Source: Elusimicrobiota bacterium (GTDB lineage Bacteria; Elusimicrobiota; Elusimicrobia; Elusimicrobiales; UBA9959). From it: DNA of 64,000 nt. Every line of letters begins with the position of its first letter. Positions within the stretch are counted from its first letter, which is position 1. The translations under genes were made by a program, and so were the position numbers. Below, one piece after another: positions 29,891 to 39,422 of this stretch. The notes below the pieces were generated by a model that searched no databases, had not been told where the DNA came from, and worked only from the letters and a program-made list of their open reading frames with translations. The DNA is taken from assembly GCA_036574205.1 (NCBI GenBank), contig JAINCQ010000017.1:1-64000 (forward strand), in the 5' to 3' direction.

Positions 29891-30969
29891 AAAACATAAT
29901 GATAACTGGTGGCGCTGGTTTTATAGGTTCAAATTTTATCCGATATATTTTTGAAAAAACCGGATTTAAGGGAGCGGTCATAAATTATGACAAACTTACA
30001 TATGCAGCAAATCTTAATAATCTTATAGATATCCACAGAAAGTTTTGGGGTAAAAGGTATTTTTTTGTTAAAGGTGATATATGTGATTATAAAACATTTC
30101 TAGCCACAATGAAAAAATATGATATAGATGTTGTTGTAAACTTTGCCGCAGAAAGTCATGTTGATCGCTCTATTTTTGGCCCCAAAGATTTTATAGATAC
30201 AAATATAAACGGCACATTTATCTCTCTTGAGGCATGTAGAAAATACTGGCGAGACAGAAAAGATGTAAGATTTCATCATATAAGCACAGATGAAGTTTAT
30301 GGCTCACTTGGTCCAGAGGGATATTTTTATGAAACTACTCCATATTCTCCGAGGAGCCCTTATTCAGCGTCAAAAGCATCAGCTGATCATATAGTTATGG
30401 CATATTTTCATACATATGGAATGCCGGTTACAATATCCAATTGTTCAAATAACTATGGACCATATCAATTTCCAGAAAAACTAATTCCGCTTATAATAAC
30501 AAATGCTTTTGAGGGAAAAGACCTTCCAGTATATGGTGATGGGAAAAATATTAGAGACTGGATTTATGTAGAAGATCATTGCAGAGCAATATGGCTAATA
30601 CTCAAAAAAGGGAAAGTAGGTGAAAGTTATAATGTTGGTGGAGAATGTGAAAAAGAAAATATAGAAGTTGTAAAAAACATATGCTTGAAACTTGAAAAAA
30701 TTTATCCATCTTCTAATAATCCTAAATTAAAAGGCAAAAAATATATAGACCTTATAAAATTTGTCAAAGACAGACCAGGACATGACAGGCGATATGCAAT
30801 AAACTGCGATAAAATAAAAAATGAACTTGGTTTTAAATGTTATTATGATTTTGATTCTGCAATTGATTCTACTATAAAGTGGTACATATCTAATTATAAA
30901 TGGGTCAAAGAAGTTAAAAGTGGTGAGTATCAAAAATGGATTTCTAAAAATTATAAAAATAGGAGATAA
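29887..30969 (+). CDS. rfbB: dTDP-glucose 4,6-dehydratase
   Basis: TGGAGFIG, FAAESHVDRS, STDEVYG, YSASK, DRPGHDRRYA. Confidence 0.96.
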   Translation: MKNIMITGGAGFIGSNFIRYIFEKTGFKGAVINYDKLTYAANLNNLIDIHRKFWGKRYFFVKGDICDYKTFLATMKKYDIDVVVNFAAESHVDRSIFGPKDFIDTNINGTFISLEACRKYWRDRKDVRFHHISTDEVYGSLGPEGYFYETTPYSPRSPYSASKASADHIVMAYFHTYGMPVTISNCSNNYGPYQFPEKLIPLIITNAFEGKDLPVYGDGKNIRDWIYVEDHCRAIWLILKKGKVGESYNVGGECEKENIEVVKNICLKLEKIYPSSNNPKLKGKKYIDLIKFVKDRPGHDRRYAINCDKIKNELGFKCYYDFDSAIDSTIKWYISNYKWVKEVKSGEYQKWISKNYKNRR

Positions 30970-30970
30970 T

Positions 30971-31999
30971 ATGAAGAAAGCACTAATTACAGGGATAAGA
31001 GGTCAAGATGGAGCCTATCTTGCAAAATTTTTAATAGAAAAAGGCTATAAAGTTTATGGAGCTGATAGAAGAAGCGGGGACTCTGGATTATGGAGATTAA
31101 AGGAACTTGGAATAGAAAGAGAAATTGAGCATATATATATGGATTTACTTGAATATTCAAATATTGTCGATGTGATAAAGAAAATAAAACCTGATGAAGT
31201 ATATAATCTTGCGGCGCAAAGTTTTGTTCAGGCATCATTTGACCAGCCACTGCTTACATCTGATATAGATGGAATGGGGGTTTTAAGGATGCTTGAAGCT
31301 ATGAGGTATTTCAGTCCATCAACTAAATTCTATCAGGCATCAACAAGCGAGATGTTTGGAAAAGTTCAGACAATACCTCAAAATGAAAAAACACCATTTT
31401 ATCCAAGGAGTCCCTATGCTGTTGCTAAATTATTTGGACATTGGATTGTAGTAAATTACAGAGAATCGTATAATCTTTTTGCCTGCTCAGGAATACTTTT
31501 TAACCACGAATCGCCTCTAAGAGGGCTTGAGTTTATCACAAGAAAAACGACGTATAACATAGCAAGGATAAAATTTGGGCTTATTGATAAACTTATTGTT
31601 GGAAATCTTGATTCAAAAAGGGACTGGGGATATGCAAAGGAGTATGTTGAAGGGATGTGGCTTATGCTTCAACAAAAAAAGGCGGATGATTATGTCCTTG
31701 CAACTGGTCAGACCCACAGTATAAGGGAGTTAATAGAATTTGCCTTTAACTATATTGGGATCAAAATCCAGTGGAAAGGTAAAGGGATTAATGAGAAAGG
31801 CATAGACAGAAAAACAGGAAGGATACTTGTTGAGGTTTCTAAAAAATATTATAGACCTGCTGAGGTGGATTTTTTGCTCGGTGATCCATCAAAAGCAAAA
31901 AGGGAGCTTGGATGGGAGCCTAAAACAACTTTTAAGGAACTAATTGAAATAATGATGGAATCTGATATTAAGCGAGTTGAAAAGGAGTGTGTAAAATAG
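30971..31999 (+). CDS. gmd: GDP-mannose 4,6-dehydratase
   Basis: GIRGQDGAYL, YNLAAQS, YQASTSE, PRSPYAVAK, FNHESP, RDWG; start moved to ATG 30971 after AGGAG. Confidence 0.96.
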   Translation: MKKALITGIRGQDGAYLAKFLIEKGYKVYGADRRSGDSGLWRLKELGIEREIEHIYMDLLEYSNIVDVIKKIKPDEVYNLAAQSFVQASFDQPLLTSDIDGMGVLRMLEAMRYFSPSTKFYQASTSEMFGKVQTIPQNEKTPFYPRSPYAVAKLFGHWIVVNYRESYNLFACSGILFNHESPLRGLEFITRKTTYNIARIKFGLIDKLIVGNLDSKRDWGYAKEYVEGMWLMLQQKKADDYVLATGQTHSIRELIEFAFNYIGIKIQWKGKGINEKGIDRKTGRILVEVSKKYYRPAEVDFLLGDPSKAKRELGWEPKTTFKELIEIMMESDIKRVEKECVK

Positions 32000-32020
32000 A
32001 CTTAGATTTAAGGGGTTAGT

Positions 32021-33409
32021 ATGAAGACCATAATAATGGCTGGTGGCAGTGGCACAAGGCTATGGCCTGTTTCTCGGGAAAACTATCCAAAACAATTTAT
32101 AAAAATAAATGGAGAAAGTCTTCTTTCAAAAACATATAAAAGGTTTTTGAAGTTGTGCGACAGGAATGATATATATATAATAACTAATGAAAAATATAAG
32201 TTTTATGTGATAAATGAACTTTTTAATTTGAATAAAGATATAGAAAAAAATCTTATACTTGAACCTGTCGGAAAAAATACTTCTGGTGCTATAATATTAA
32301 GCGTTAAATTTCTTATTGAAAAAATAAAAGTTTCAGTTAAAGAATCAGTTTTTGTAACTCCGTCTGATCATATAATACTTAATGAGGATGAATTTATAAA
32401 ATATGTTAAAAATGCTGAAACATTGTCAAAGAAGGGATATATAGTAACATTTGGTATTAAACCAACTTTACCGCATACCGGTTATGGATACATAAAAATT
32501 GGGAAACAAATTTCAAAAGACTTTTATAAAGTAGATAAATTTACTGAGAAACCCGATATAAAAAAAGCAGAAGAATACTTCAAATCTGGCGATTATTACT
32601 GGAACTCCGGGATGTTTAAATTTTCAATTGCCACCATTATGGAGGAGTTTAAAAAATATCAGCCTGATATGTATAAATTTTTTAGTTTAAAATATAATGA
32701 TTTGATTGAAAAGTTTAATGAACTTAAAAATATATCAATAGACTATACCATAATGGAAAATACCAAAAAGGCTGTTGTAAATAAATCAGAGATAATATGG
32801 TCAGATGTTGGCGGGTGGGAGTCATTTGCCGAGATAATTGAAAAGGATGATGATAACAATGTTAAAGTTGGAAATGTATTCTCACTTAATGCAAAAGATT
32901 CTATAATATACAGCGATAATGATAAACTTATCTCCCTTATAGATGTTAAAGATATTATAGTAGTAAATACAGATGACGCTCTTTTAATAGCAAAAAAGGG
33001 AAGTGGTGAAAAGGTTAAAGAGGTTGTAGATGCTCTCAAAAAGCAAAATTACAGGCAAGCTCTTGAACATACAACTGTTTATAGACCATGGGGGAGTTAT
33101 ACGGTTCTTGAAGAAGGCTTGCGCTATAAAATAAAGCGGATAGTGGTAAAATCAGGACATAAATTAAGTGAGCAAATGCATTATCATAGAAGTGAACACT
33201 GGGTTGTGATAAAGGGAACGGCAAGGGTTATAATAGACGGAAAGGAGCATATGATTCATGAAAATGAGAGCATATATGTTCCAAAATCCACAAGGCACAG
33301 ACTTGAAAATCCGGGGAAAGTTGATCTTGAACTTATAGAAGTTCAAAATGGCGAATATGTGGGTGAGGATGATATAGTAAGATTTGATGACATCTACGGC
33401 CGCAGATAA
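32021..33409 (+). CDS. manC: Mannose-1-phosphate guanylyltransferase / mannose-6-phosphate isomerase
   Basis: [41 protein letters not shown]. Confidence 0.95.
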   Translation: MKTIIMAGGSGTRLWPVSRENYPKQFIKINGESLLSKTYKRFLKLCDRNDIYIITNEKYKFYVINELFNLNKDIEKNLILEPVGKNTSGAIILSVKFLIEKIKVSVKESVFVTPSDHIILNEDEFIKYVKNAETLSKKGYIVTFGIKPTLPHTGYGYIKIGKQISKDFYKVDKFTEKPDIKKAEEYFKSGDYYWNSGMFKFSIATIMEEFKKYQPDMYKFFSLKYNDLIEKFNELKNISIDYTIMENTKKAVVNKSEIIWSDVGGWESFAEIIEKDDDNNVKVGNVFSLNAKDSIIYSDNDKLISLIDVKDIIVVNTDDALLIAKKGSGEKVKEVVDALKKQNYRQALEHTTVYRPWGSYTVLEEGLRYKIKRIVVKSGHKLSEQMHYHRSEHWVVIKGTARVIIDGKEHMIHENESIYVPKSTRHRLENPGKVDLELIEVQNGEYVGEDDIVRFDDIYGRR

Positions 33410-33414
33410 CCGTT

Positions 33415-33467
33415 TTACCTTCCGGGACGGTCATACCGTCCCGGAAGGTAAGGTGGTGCCGGAAGGT
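33415..33467. repeat. Perfect 17-bp hairpin plus partial third arm upstream of RAYT-1
   Basis: TTACCTTCCGGGACGGT-CAT-ACCGTCCCGGAAGGTAA (33415-33451), then CCGGAAGGT again at 33459-33467. Confidence 0.9.
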
Positions 33468-33482
33468 GAGGTGGTGGTTAAA

Positions 33483-34088
33483 ATGCCTATAAGAAAGGAT
33501 AAATTAGTAAATGGAATGTTCTACCATGTGTATAATAAAAGTATTTCAGGTTATGTTATATTCAATAATCCAATGGAATATAGCAGGTTTATTGAACTGA
33601 TGAAATACTATAGGTTTTCTAATGTTGAAAGGAAATTTTCAATTAGAAGTGATTTTGAAGTTAAAGATAATTCTAAAAAAGTTGATATAATTTCCTATTG
33701 TATAATGCCTACCCATTATCATATGATTTTGCTTCAAAAAGAGGAGAAAGGGATTGAAAGGTTCATTTCCTCTCTTCAAAAATCATATGCTTTATATTTC
33801 AATCAGAAACATAAAAGAAAAGGACCATTATGGGAATCAAGGTTTAAAAATGTTTTAATAGATGATAATAATGTTTTTATACATTTAACAAGATATGTCC
33901 ATTTAAATCCAGTTACTGCTGGTATAGTAAATAATCTTGAGGATTGGGAGTATTCATCATATAAGCAATATATTGGATTAACAGAATCTTTTTGTGAATT
34001 TAAAGAGTATATTAATATGTCCTGTGAAGCATATAAAAAATTTTCAGAGGATCAAATAGATTATCAAAGAGAATTAGCAAAAATTTAA
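33483..34088 (+). CDS. REP-associated tyrosine transposase (RAYT, Y1_Tnp HUH family), copy 1
   Basis: YHVYNK, YCIMPTHYH (HUH), RKGPLWESRF, YVHLNPV, WEYSSY; likely start ATG 33483 after GAGGTGG. Confidence 0.85.
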   Translation: MPIRKDKLVNGMFYHVYNKSISGYVIFNNPMEYSRFIELMKYYRFSNVERKFSIRSDFEVKDNSKKVDIISYCIMPTHYHMILLQKEEKGIERFISSLQKSYALYFNQKHKRKGPLWESRFKNVLIDDNNVFIHLTRYVHLNPVTAGIVNNLEDWEYSSYKQYIGLTESFCEFKEYINMSCEAYKKFSEDQIDYQRELAKI

Positions 34089-34108
34089 AATTTTATTCTT
34101 AAATAAAT

Positions 34109-34951
34109 ATGAAATACCTCATAACTGGAGCAAATGGGCAACTTGCAAAGGAATTTTTAAAGATTCTTAATAGCGCTGATGTTTATGCTTTTGACAAAAG
34201 CAAACTTGATATATCAAATGAACAGGATTTAAAACAAGCTATAGATTTTGTAAAGCCTGATATAGTGCTAAATTGCGCTGCATATAACAATGTTGATGGG
34301 GTGGAAACTGATTATGACAGGGCATATAAAGTTAATGCCGTTTCACTAAAAAATATGGCTAATTTTTGCGAAAGATATAAAACTTTTATTATCCATTTCA
34401 GTACTGATTATGTTTTTGGCGGGAAAGATAACTTTGATCCGTATAAAGAGACGGATGATACAAATCCTATAAATAAATATGGTCTTACAAAACTTTCAGG
34501 GGAAAATTTTTTGAAAGAGAACTATGAAAAATTTTTGATTTTTAGGGTTAGCTGGCTTTATGGAGATGGAAAACAAAATTTTATATTCAAACTTATAAAT
34601 TGGGCTAAAAATAATAAAGAACTAAATATTTCTGTAGATGAGGTATCAGTTCCTACTCCTACTAAATTGGTAGCGGAGTTGATAATAAAGTCAATAAAGA
34701 CAGGATTAAAAGGGATCTGGCATTGTATACCTTGTGGTTTTGCTTCAAGATATGAATGGGCTGTTGAGACTATGAAAAAATTAGATCCATCAATTAGAAT
34801 AAATAAAGCCAAACAATCAGATTTTAAACTTCCTGCTAAACGTCCTAATTTTTCTGCTATGGATAATTCTAATCTTAGAAAGGAATTGAATATTTCTATA
34901 AAGAAATGGGATGAGTATTTATTAGAATATTTAAGCGGAGTAAATATATGA
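34109..34951 (+). CDS. rfbD: dTDP-4-dehydrorhamnose reductase
   Basis: TGANGQL, NCAAY, STDYVF, YGLTK, AKRP. Confidence 0.93.
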   Translation: MKYLITGANGQLAKEFLKILNSADVYAFDKSKLDISNEQDLKQAIDFVKPDIVLNCAAYNNVDGVETDYDRAYKVNAVSLKNMANFCERYKTFIIHFSTDYVFGGKDNFDPYKETDDTNPINKYGLTKLSGENFLKENYEKFLIFRVSWLYGDGKQNFIFKLINWAKNNKELNISVDEVSVPTPTKLVAELIIKSIKTGLKGIWHCIPCGFASRYEWAVETMKKLDPSIRINKAKQSDFKLPAKRPNFSAMDNSNLRKELNISIKKWDEYLLEYLSGVNI

Positions 34952-35925
34952 TACTTATAACAGGTGGGGCTGGGTATATAGGTTCTCAGGTAAATAAAAT
35001 ATTAAATGAAAAAGGTTATGAAACTATAGTAATTGATAATCTAACATATGGACACAGGGAGTTTGTTAAATGGGGAAAATTTTATGAAGTTGACTTGAAT
35101 AATAGAAATGATATTGATAAGATTTTTAAAGAAAATAAAATAAAAGCGGTAATGCATTTTGCAGCATATACCTATGTTGGTGAGTCTGTTAAAGATCCTT
35201 CAAAATATTACAATAACAATCTAATAAACACTATAAATCTACTTGACGCTATGGTTAAAAATAAAGTTAATAAGTTTATATTTTCTTCAACATGTGCTAC
35301 TTATGGCATTCCTTTTGAAATACCAATAACTGAAAATCACCCTCAAAATCCGATAAATCCATACGGAAAAACAAAATTAATGATTGAAAAGATACTTGAT
35401 GATTATGAAAAAGCATATGGGTTAAAATATATAAACCTGAGATACTTTAATGCGGCTGGAGCAGATCCTGCTGCAGAAATTGGAGAATGGCATATCCCGG
35501 AAACTCATTTAATTCCGCTTGCGATATATAATGCATTACGGATTACTGATAAAATAATAGTTTTTGGTAATGATTATCCTACAAAGGATGGTAGCTGTAT
35601 AAGAGATTATATACATGTTTATGACCTTGCGATGGCACATTTACTTGCCCTTGAATATCTTTTTGAAAATAATAAAAGTGATGCTTTTAATTTAGGTAAT
35701 GGACAGGGATTTTCAGTTATTGAAGTTTTAAAATCTATAGAAAAAATTTCTTCCAAAAAACTTAATATTGTATATGGTGATAGAAGAGAAGGCGATCCTG
35801 CTGTTTTAGTTGGAAGCTCGGATAAAATCAAAAAAATCCTTAACTGGAGCCCTAAGTTTTGTGATCTTGATATAATTGTAAAAACAGCACTTAACTGGCA
35901 TAAAAAAAATTTAGTCAGGATATGA
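34948..35925 (+). CDS. galE: UDP-glucose 4-epimerase
   Basis: GGAGYIG, HFAA, VGESV, YGKTK, LRYFNAAG, RDYIHV. Confidence 0.93.
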   Translation: MILITGGAGYIGSQVNKILNEKGYETIVIDNLTYGHREFVKWGKFYEVDLNNRNDIDKIFKENKIKAVMHFAAYTYVGESVKDPSKYYNNNLINTINLLDAMVKNKVNKFIFSSTCATYGIPFEIPITENHPQNPINPYGKTKLMIEKILDDYEKAYGLKYINLRYFNAAGADPAAEIGEWHIPETHLIPLAIYNALRITDKIIVFGNDYPTKDGSCIRDYIHVYDLAMAHLLALEYLFENNKSDAFNLGNGQGFSVIEVLKSIEKISSKKLNIVYGDRREGDPAVLVGSSDKIKKILNWSPKFCDLDIIVKTALNWHKKNLVRI

Positions 35926-36863
35926 ATTTTTTAATAATAGTTTATAAAGGAATAGGCGATGTTATTCTAACAACTCCGCTTATTAAGGCAATTAAAAAAT
36001 ATTTTCCTGATAGCAAAATATATTTTCTTACTAAAAAATACTCTTCTGAGATACTAAAAAATAATCCTTATATTGATAAAGTTCTTTTAAGGGAAGAGAT
36101 AACGATAAAAGAACTTAGAAGCTATAAAATAAATGTTTCAATAGATTATATGCTTTCAAGCTCATCTGCTTTTTTTTCTTTTATGAGTGGAGCGAAAAAA
36201 AGAATTGCTTTTTGGCGAAGCTGGGGTTTTATAGCGTATAATTTGATGATTAAAAGCGAATATGAAGGATATAATGTAATCAAAAAGTTTCAATATCTTA
36301 AACCTTTAGGAGTGAACTGGAAAGAAATAAATGATATAAAGCCTGAGATATATCCTTTAACTTCTGATTTTTTGAAGGCAAAGGAAATACTTATTTCAAA
36401 AGGTATTAATATTGAAAAAGATAAGATAGCGACATTTGATATAACAAGTCCAAGGGCTTATAGGCAACTTTCAGCGGACAAATTTATTAGTATTGCTGAT
36501 AAAATAATAGAAAAAGGTTATAAAACGATTTTTCATCCAGCTCTGTGGGAGTATAATTATGTTATAGAGTCAATTAATAAATACTCTAAATATAAAGACA
36601 GCCATTTAGTAATTACAAATTTAAATCTATTAGAACTTTCAGCGCTTATTTCATATTCAAACCTTCATATAGGAACATCCTCAGCCCCAATGCATATTGC
36701 TGTTTCCTTTAATGTTCCAACATTTACAATATATAGTCCATACTCTGATCCACAAGCGTGGGGTCCTCCTCTTAAGATTCACAGCGGCATTCAAGGCGAG
36801 TTAGAAAAAATGACTGTTGAAGAAATAACTCATAAACTTTTCTCATTTCTTGAAAATATTTAA
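35922..36863 (+). CDS. Glycosyltransferase family 9 (heptosyltransferase-like)
   Basis: IGDVILTTP, NNPYID, SAPMHIA. Confidence 0.85.
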   Translation: MNFLIIVYKGIGDVILTTPLIKAIKKYFPDSKIYFLTKKYSSEILKNNPYIDKVLLREEITIKELRSYKINVSIDYMLSSSSAFFSFMSGAKKRIAFWRSWGFIAYNLMIKSEYEGYNVIKKFQYLKPLGVNWKEINDIKPEIYPLTSDFLKAKEILISKGINIEKDKIATFDITSPRAYRQLSADKFISIADKIIEKGYKTIFHPALWEYNYVIESINKYSKYKDSHLVITNLNLLELSALISYSNLHIGTSSAPMHIAVSFNVPTFTIYSPYSDPQAWGPPLKIHSGIQGELEKMTVEEITHKLFSFLENI

Positions 36864-37003
36864 ATTGTTTGTAGTTTTTAAAATAACAAAAATTATAAGT
36901 TTTGAGATTATATAGAATTGATAGAAAAAGAATATTAAATATAAAGGTAAATAAATTATTTAATTTAATATAATCCTTTCAAAAAATATGTTAAAATATT
37001 TAA

Positions 37004-37040
37004 AACCGGACTGACCGGGGCGGTCAGTCCCGGTCAGTCC
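37004..37040. repeat. Left hairpin of RAYT-2
   Basis: AACCGGACTGACCG-GGG-CGGTCAGTCC plus an extra tandem CGGTCAGTCC. Confidence 0.9.
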
Positions 37041-37053
37041 AATGGGAGGGAAA

Positions 37054-37686
37054 ATGATATATCATGTTTTTAATAAAAGCATTGCAGATTATGTTATATT
37101 CAATACTGATTCAGAATATATGCGATTTATAGAAGATATTAAGTTTTATTCAAGTAAAAACAACAATGGACTTGGTAGTAAAATTTTTAAGATTAATATT
37201 AAAAAAGAGAAGGGTAATGAGATTTTTTGAGATCATAAAACAAACGAAACAATTGAAATAATATGTTATGTTATAATGCCGACACATTTTCACCTTATTT
37301 TAAATGATTTTAATGATAATTATTTATCAAAATACATGAACAATATTCAGAATAGCTATACAAGGTTTTTTAATTTAAAGCACAAACGCAAAGGCCCGTT
37401 ATGGCAGTCTTCATATAAGAAAATTAATGTAGAAAAAGATATATATTTGATACATTTAACAAGGTATATTAATTTAAATCCTGTTACAGCCTTTTTAGTG
37501 GATAGACCAGAAGATTGGAAATATTCATCATACAGGGAGTATTTGGAGGGTAAAGAAATAAATTGCGGATATCTAAAGTATTTTCCAGAAAATTATAATT
37601 TTAAAAAGTTTTATAAGCAGTTTGTAGAGGAGAGAAAAGACTATCAAAGGAAACTTCAAATAATAAAAAAATACATAATAGAATAA
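37054..37686 (+). pseudogene. RAYT copy 2 interrupted by one in-frame TGA (37228-37230)
   Basis: The 37042-37230 and 37276-37686 ORFs share one frame; joined they give IYHVFNKS...ICYVIMPTHFH...RKGPLW...YINLNPV...WKYSSY, collinear with RAYT-1. Confidence 0.8.
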
Positions 37687-37712
37687 CCGGACTGACCGGG
37701 GCGGTCAGTCCG
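37685..37712. repeat. Right hairpin of RAYT-2
   Basis: 27 nt identical to 37004-37030 in the same orientation, starting within the stop codon. Confidence 0.9.
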
Positions 37713-38049
37713 AGGTAGTCTTCTTTAGTATTCTTTTACAGTTTCTGAAAAGTTTTACGTTCAGTGTCAACTCATAAATAAGTCAACTAAATAACCTCCT
37801 TTTTGAATATTTTTCCAGTTTTTATAATGTTTTCCAGTTTTAAATCATTTTGCTTTTAGTTATTGGTTAAAACAAAAGCTTGGTTAGATTATATTTGACT
37901 TGATTCGTTTAGAGTATTATTGAATAAAAAAATGATAAAATAATTAATAGTAAATTTTAATGTATGATAAAGGATTTTTACTGTGGTAGTCAGTGAATTA
38001 TACCTGTATTATCTGATGTGATTATCTTACTTTGATTTAGAATTTATTT

Positions 38050-39375
38050 ATGATAAAAAAAGTTTATGAGATATTTTTTATAAATGACGAGTTTTTTCCT
38101 TATGTGATAATCAAGAAGTTTAGAAAAAATCAAGAATACAAAAGATTATTTTCTAATTTTACTTACTTATCCTTTTTGCAGGTAGCAAATTATATTTTTC
38201 CTCTTATTGCTATGCCATATTTAATTAGGGTAATAGGGGTGGAGTATGTGGGACTTTTAGGATTTGCGACTTCTACAATATCTTATCTTCAGATAATCAC
38301 CGATTATGGGTTTAATCTAAGTGCTACAAGAAGGATAAGTGTTTATAGAAATGATAGATTAAAATTGATAGAGATATTTTCCTCAGTAATTATGATAAAA
38401 GTTACATTGCTTTTTGTTGCTTTCTTAATACTTCTTGTATTGATTTATGGTTTTGAGAAATTTAATAAAGATGCATTAATCTTTTTCATTAGTTTTGGTA
38501 TAGTAATAGGTGATTCATTTTTCCCGCTCTGGTTTTTTCAAGGTATGGAGCATATGAAATATATTACTTACCTAAATGTTCTGGCAAAAGGTATATTTAC
38601 TCTGGCTGTTTTTATATTTGTGAAAAAGCAGAATAATTATTATCTTGTACCACTATTTACCTCACTTGGCTCTTTGATATCAACGATTTGTTCGATTTAT
38701 ATCATAAAAAATAAATTTGGTATAATTTTTAGATTTCAGGAGTTAAATACTGTTAAAAAATATTTTTATGAAGGCTGGCATATATTTGTTTCTTCTATTT
38801 TTAGTGCAATGTATAGAAATGCAAATACATTTATACTTGGACTATTAACAAATAATACTATAGTAGGATATTATTTTATTGCAGAAAAAATTGTAAAAGT
38901 TTTACAAAGTTTACAGGGTATTGTAGGAAATACTCTTTTTCCATACTTTAGTAAAAAATTTAATGTAACAAATAAGTTCTTTTTTGATTTAAATGACAAA
39001 TTTTTGAAAATTATTTTTTTTATTTATTTATCAATGAGTTTAATTACTCTTTTTTCAGCAAAATATATTATATACATTCTGGCAGGAGAATTTAACAGAA
39101 TTATGATATTAAATCTTCAGATTATAAGTTTTGTTATTTTAATAGGTGGTTTTAATTATTACTATGGAATTTTGGGATTAGTTACAATGAGTTATGAAAA
39201 AGATTTTTCACAATGTGTTATTATAACAGGATTGTTAAATCTATTTTTTTGCAGCATATTGGTTTATTTATTTCCATATTATGGTGCAGCTATAAGTTTG
39301 GTTGTAAGTGAAAGTATTTTATTGTTGCTGTTATTTTTAAAAATATTAAAAATTAAAAAAAATTTAAATAATTAA
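38050..39375 (+). CDS. wzx: O-antigen flippase (Wzx/RfbX family)
   Basis: About 12 TMs; PYLIRVIG, DYGFNLSATR, WFFQGME; located in the LPS locus. Confidence 0.85.
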   Translation: MIKKVYEIFFINDEFFPYVIIKKFRKNQEYKRLFSNFTYLSFLQVANYIFPLIAMPYLIRVIGVEYVGLLGFATSTISYLQIITDYGFNLSATRRISVYRNDRLKLIEIFSSVIMIKVTLLFVAFLILLVLIYGFEKFNKDALIFFISFGIVIGDSFFPLWFFQGMEHMKYITYLNVLAKGIFTLAVFIFVKKQNNYYLVPLFTSLGSLISTICSIYIIKNKFGIIFRFQELNTVKKYFYEGWHIFVSSIFSAMYRNANTFILGLLTNNTIVGYYFIAEKIVKVLQSLQGIVGNTLFPYFSKKFNVTNKFFFDLNDKFLKIIFFIYLSMSLITLFSAKYIIYILAGEFNRIMILNLQIISFVILIGGFNYYYGILGLVTMSYEKDFSQCVIITGLLNLFFCSILVYLFPYYGAAISLVVSESILLLLLFLKILKIKKNLNN

Positions 39376-39422
39376 ATCATTATTAATGTTACTCTTTTAT
39401 TATTTGATAAAATATAGGTAAT

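Noticed and set aside
30971..33409. gmd and manC without fcl/rmd or manB in the locus
   Set aside because: These genes are often elsewhere in the genome; cannot be judged from one window.
33384..33482. N-terminal extension of RAYT-1 in the ORF track
   Set aside because: It overlaps manC and runs through the hairpin; ATG 33483 has an RBS and matches the family start.
37228..37230. Alternative genetic code or selenocysteine to explain the TGA
   Set aside because: TGA terminates many ordinary genes here, Trp is encoded by TGG, and the position is not a Cys-equivalent site.
37713..37841. Strong minus-strand RBS (AAAAGGAGG) and two TTTTCCAGTTTT repeats
   Set aside because: The downstream frame is closed by stops and no product is recognisable; at most a decayed remnant.
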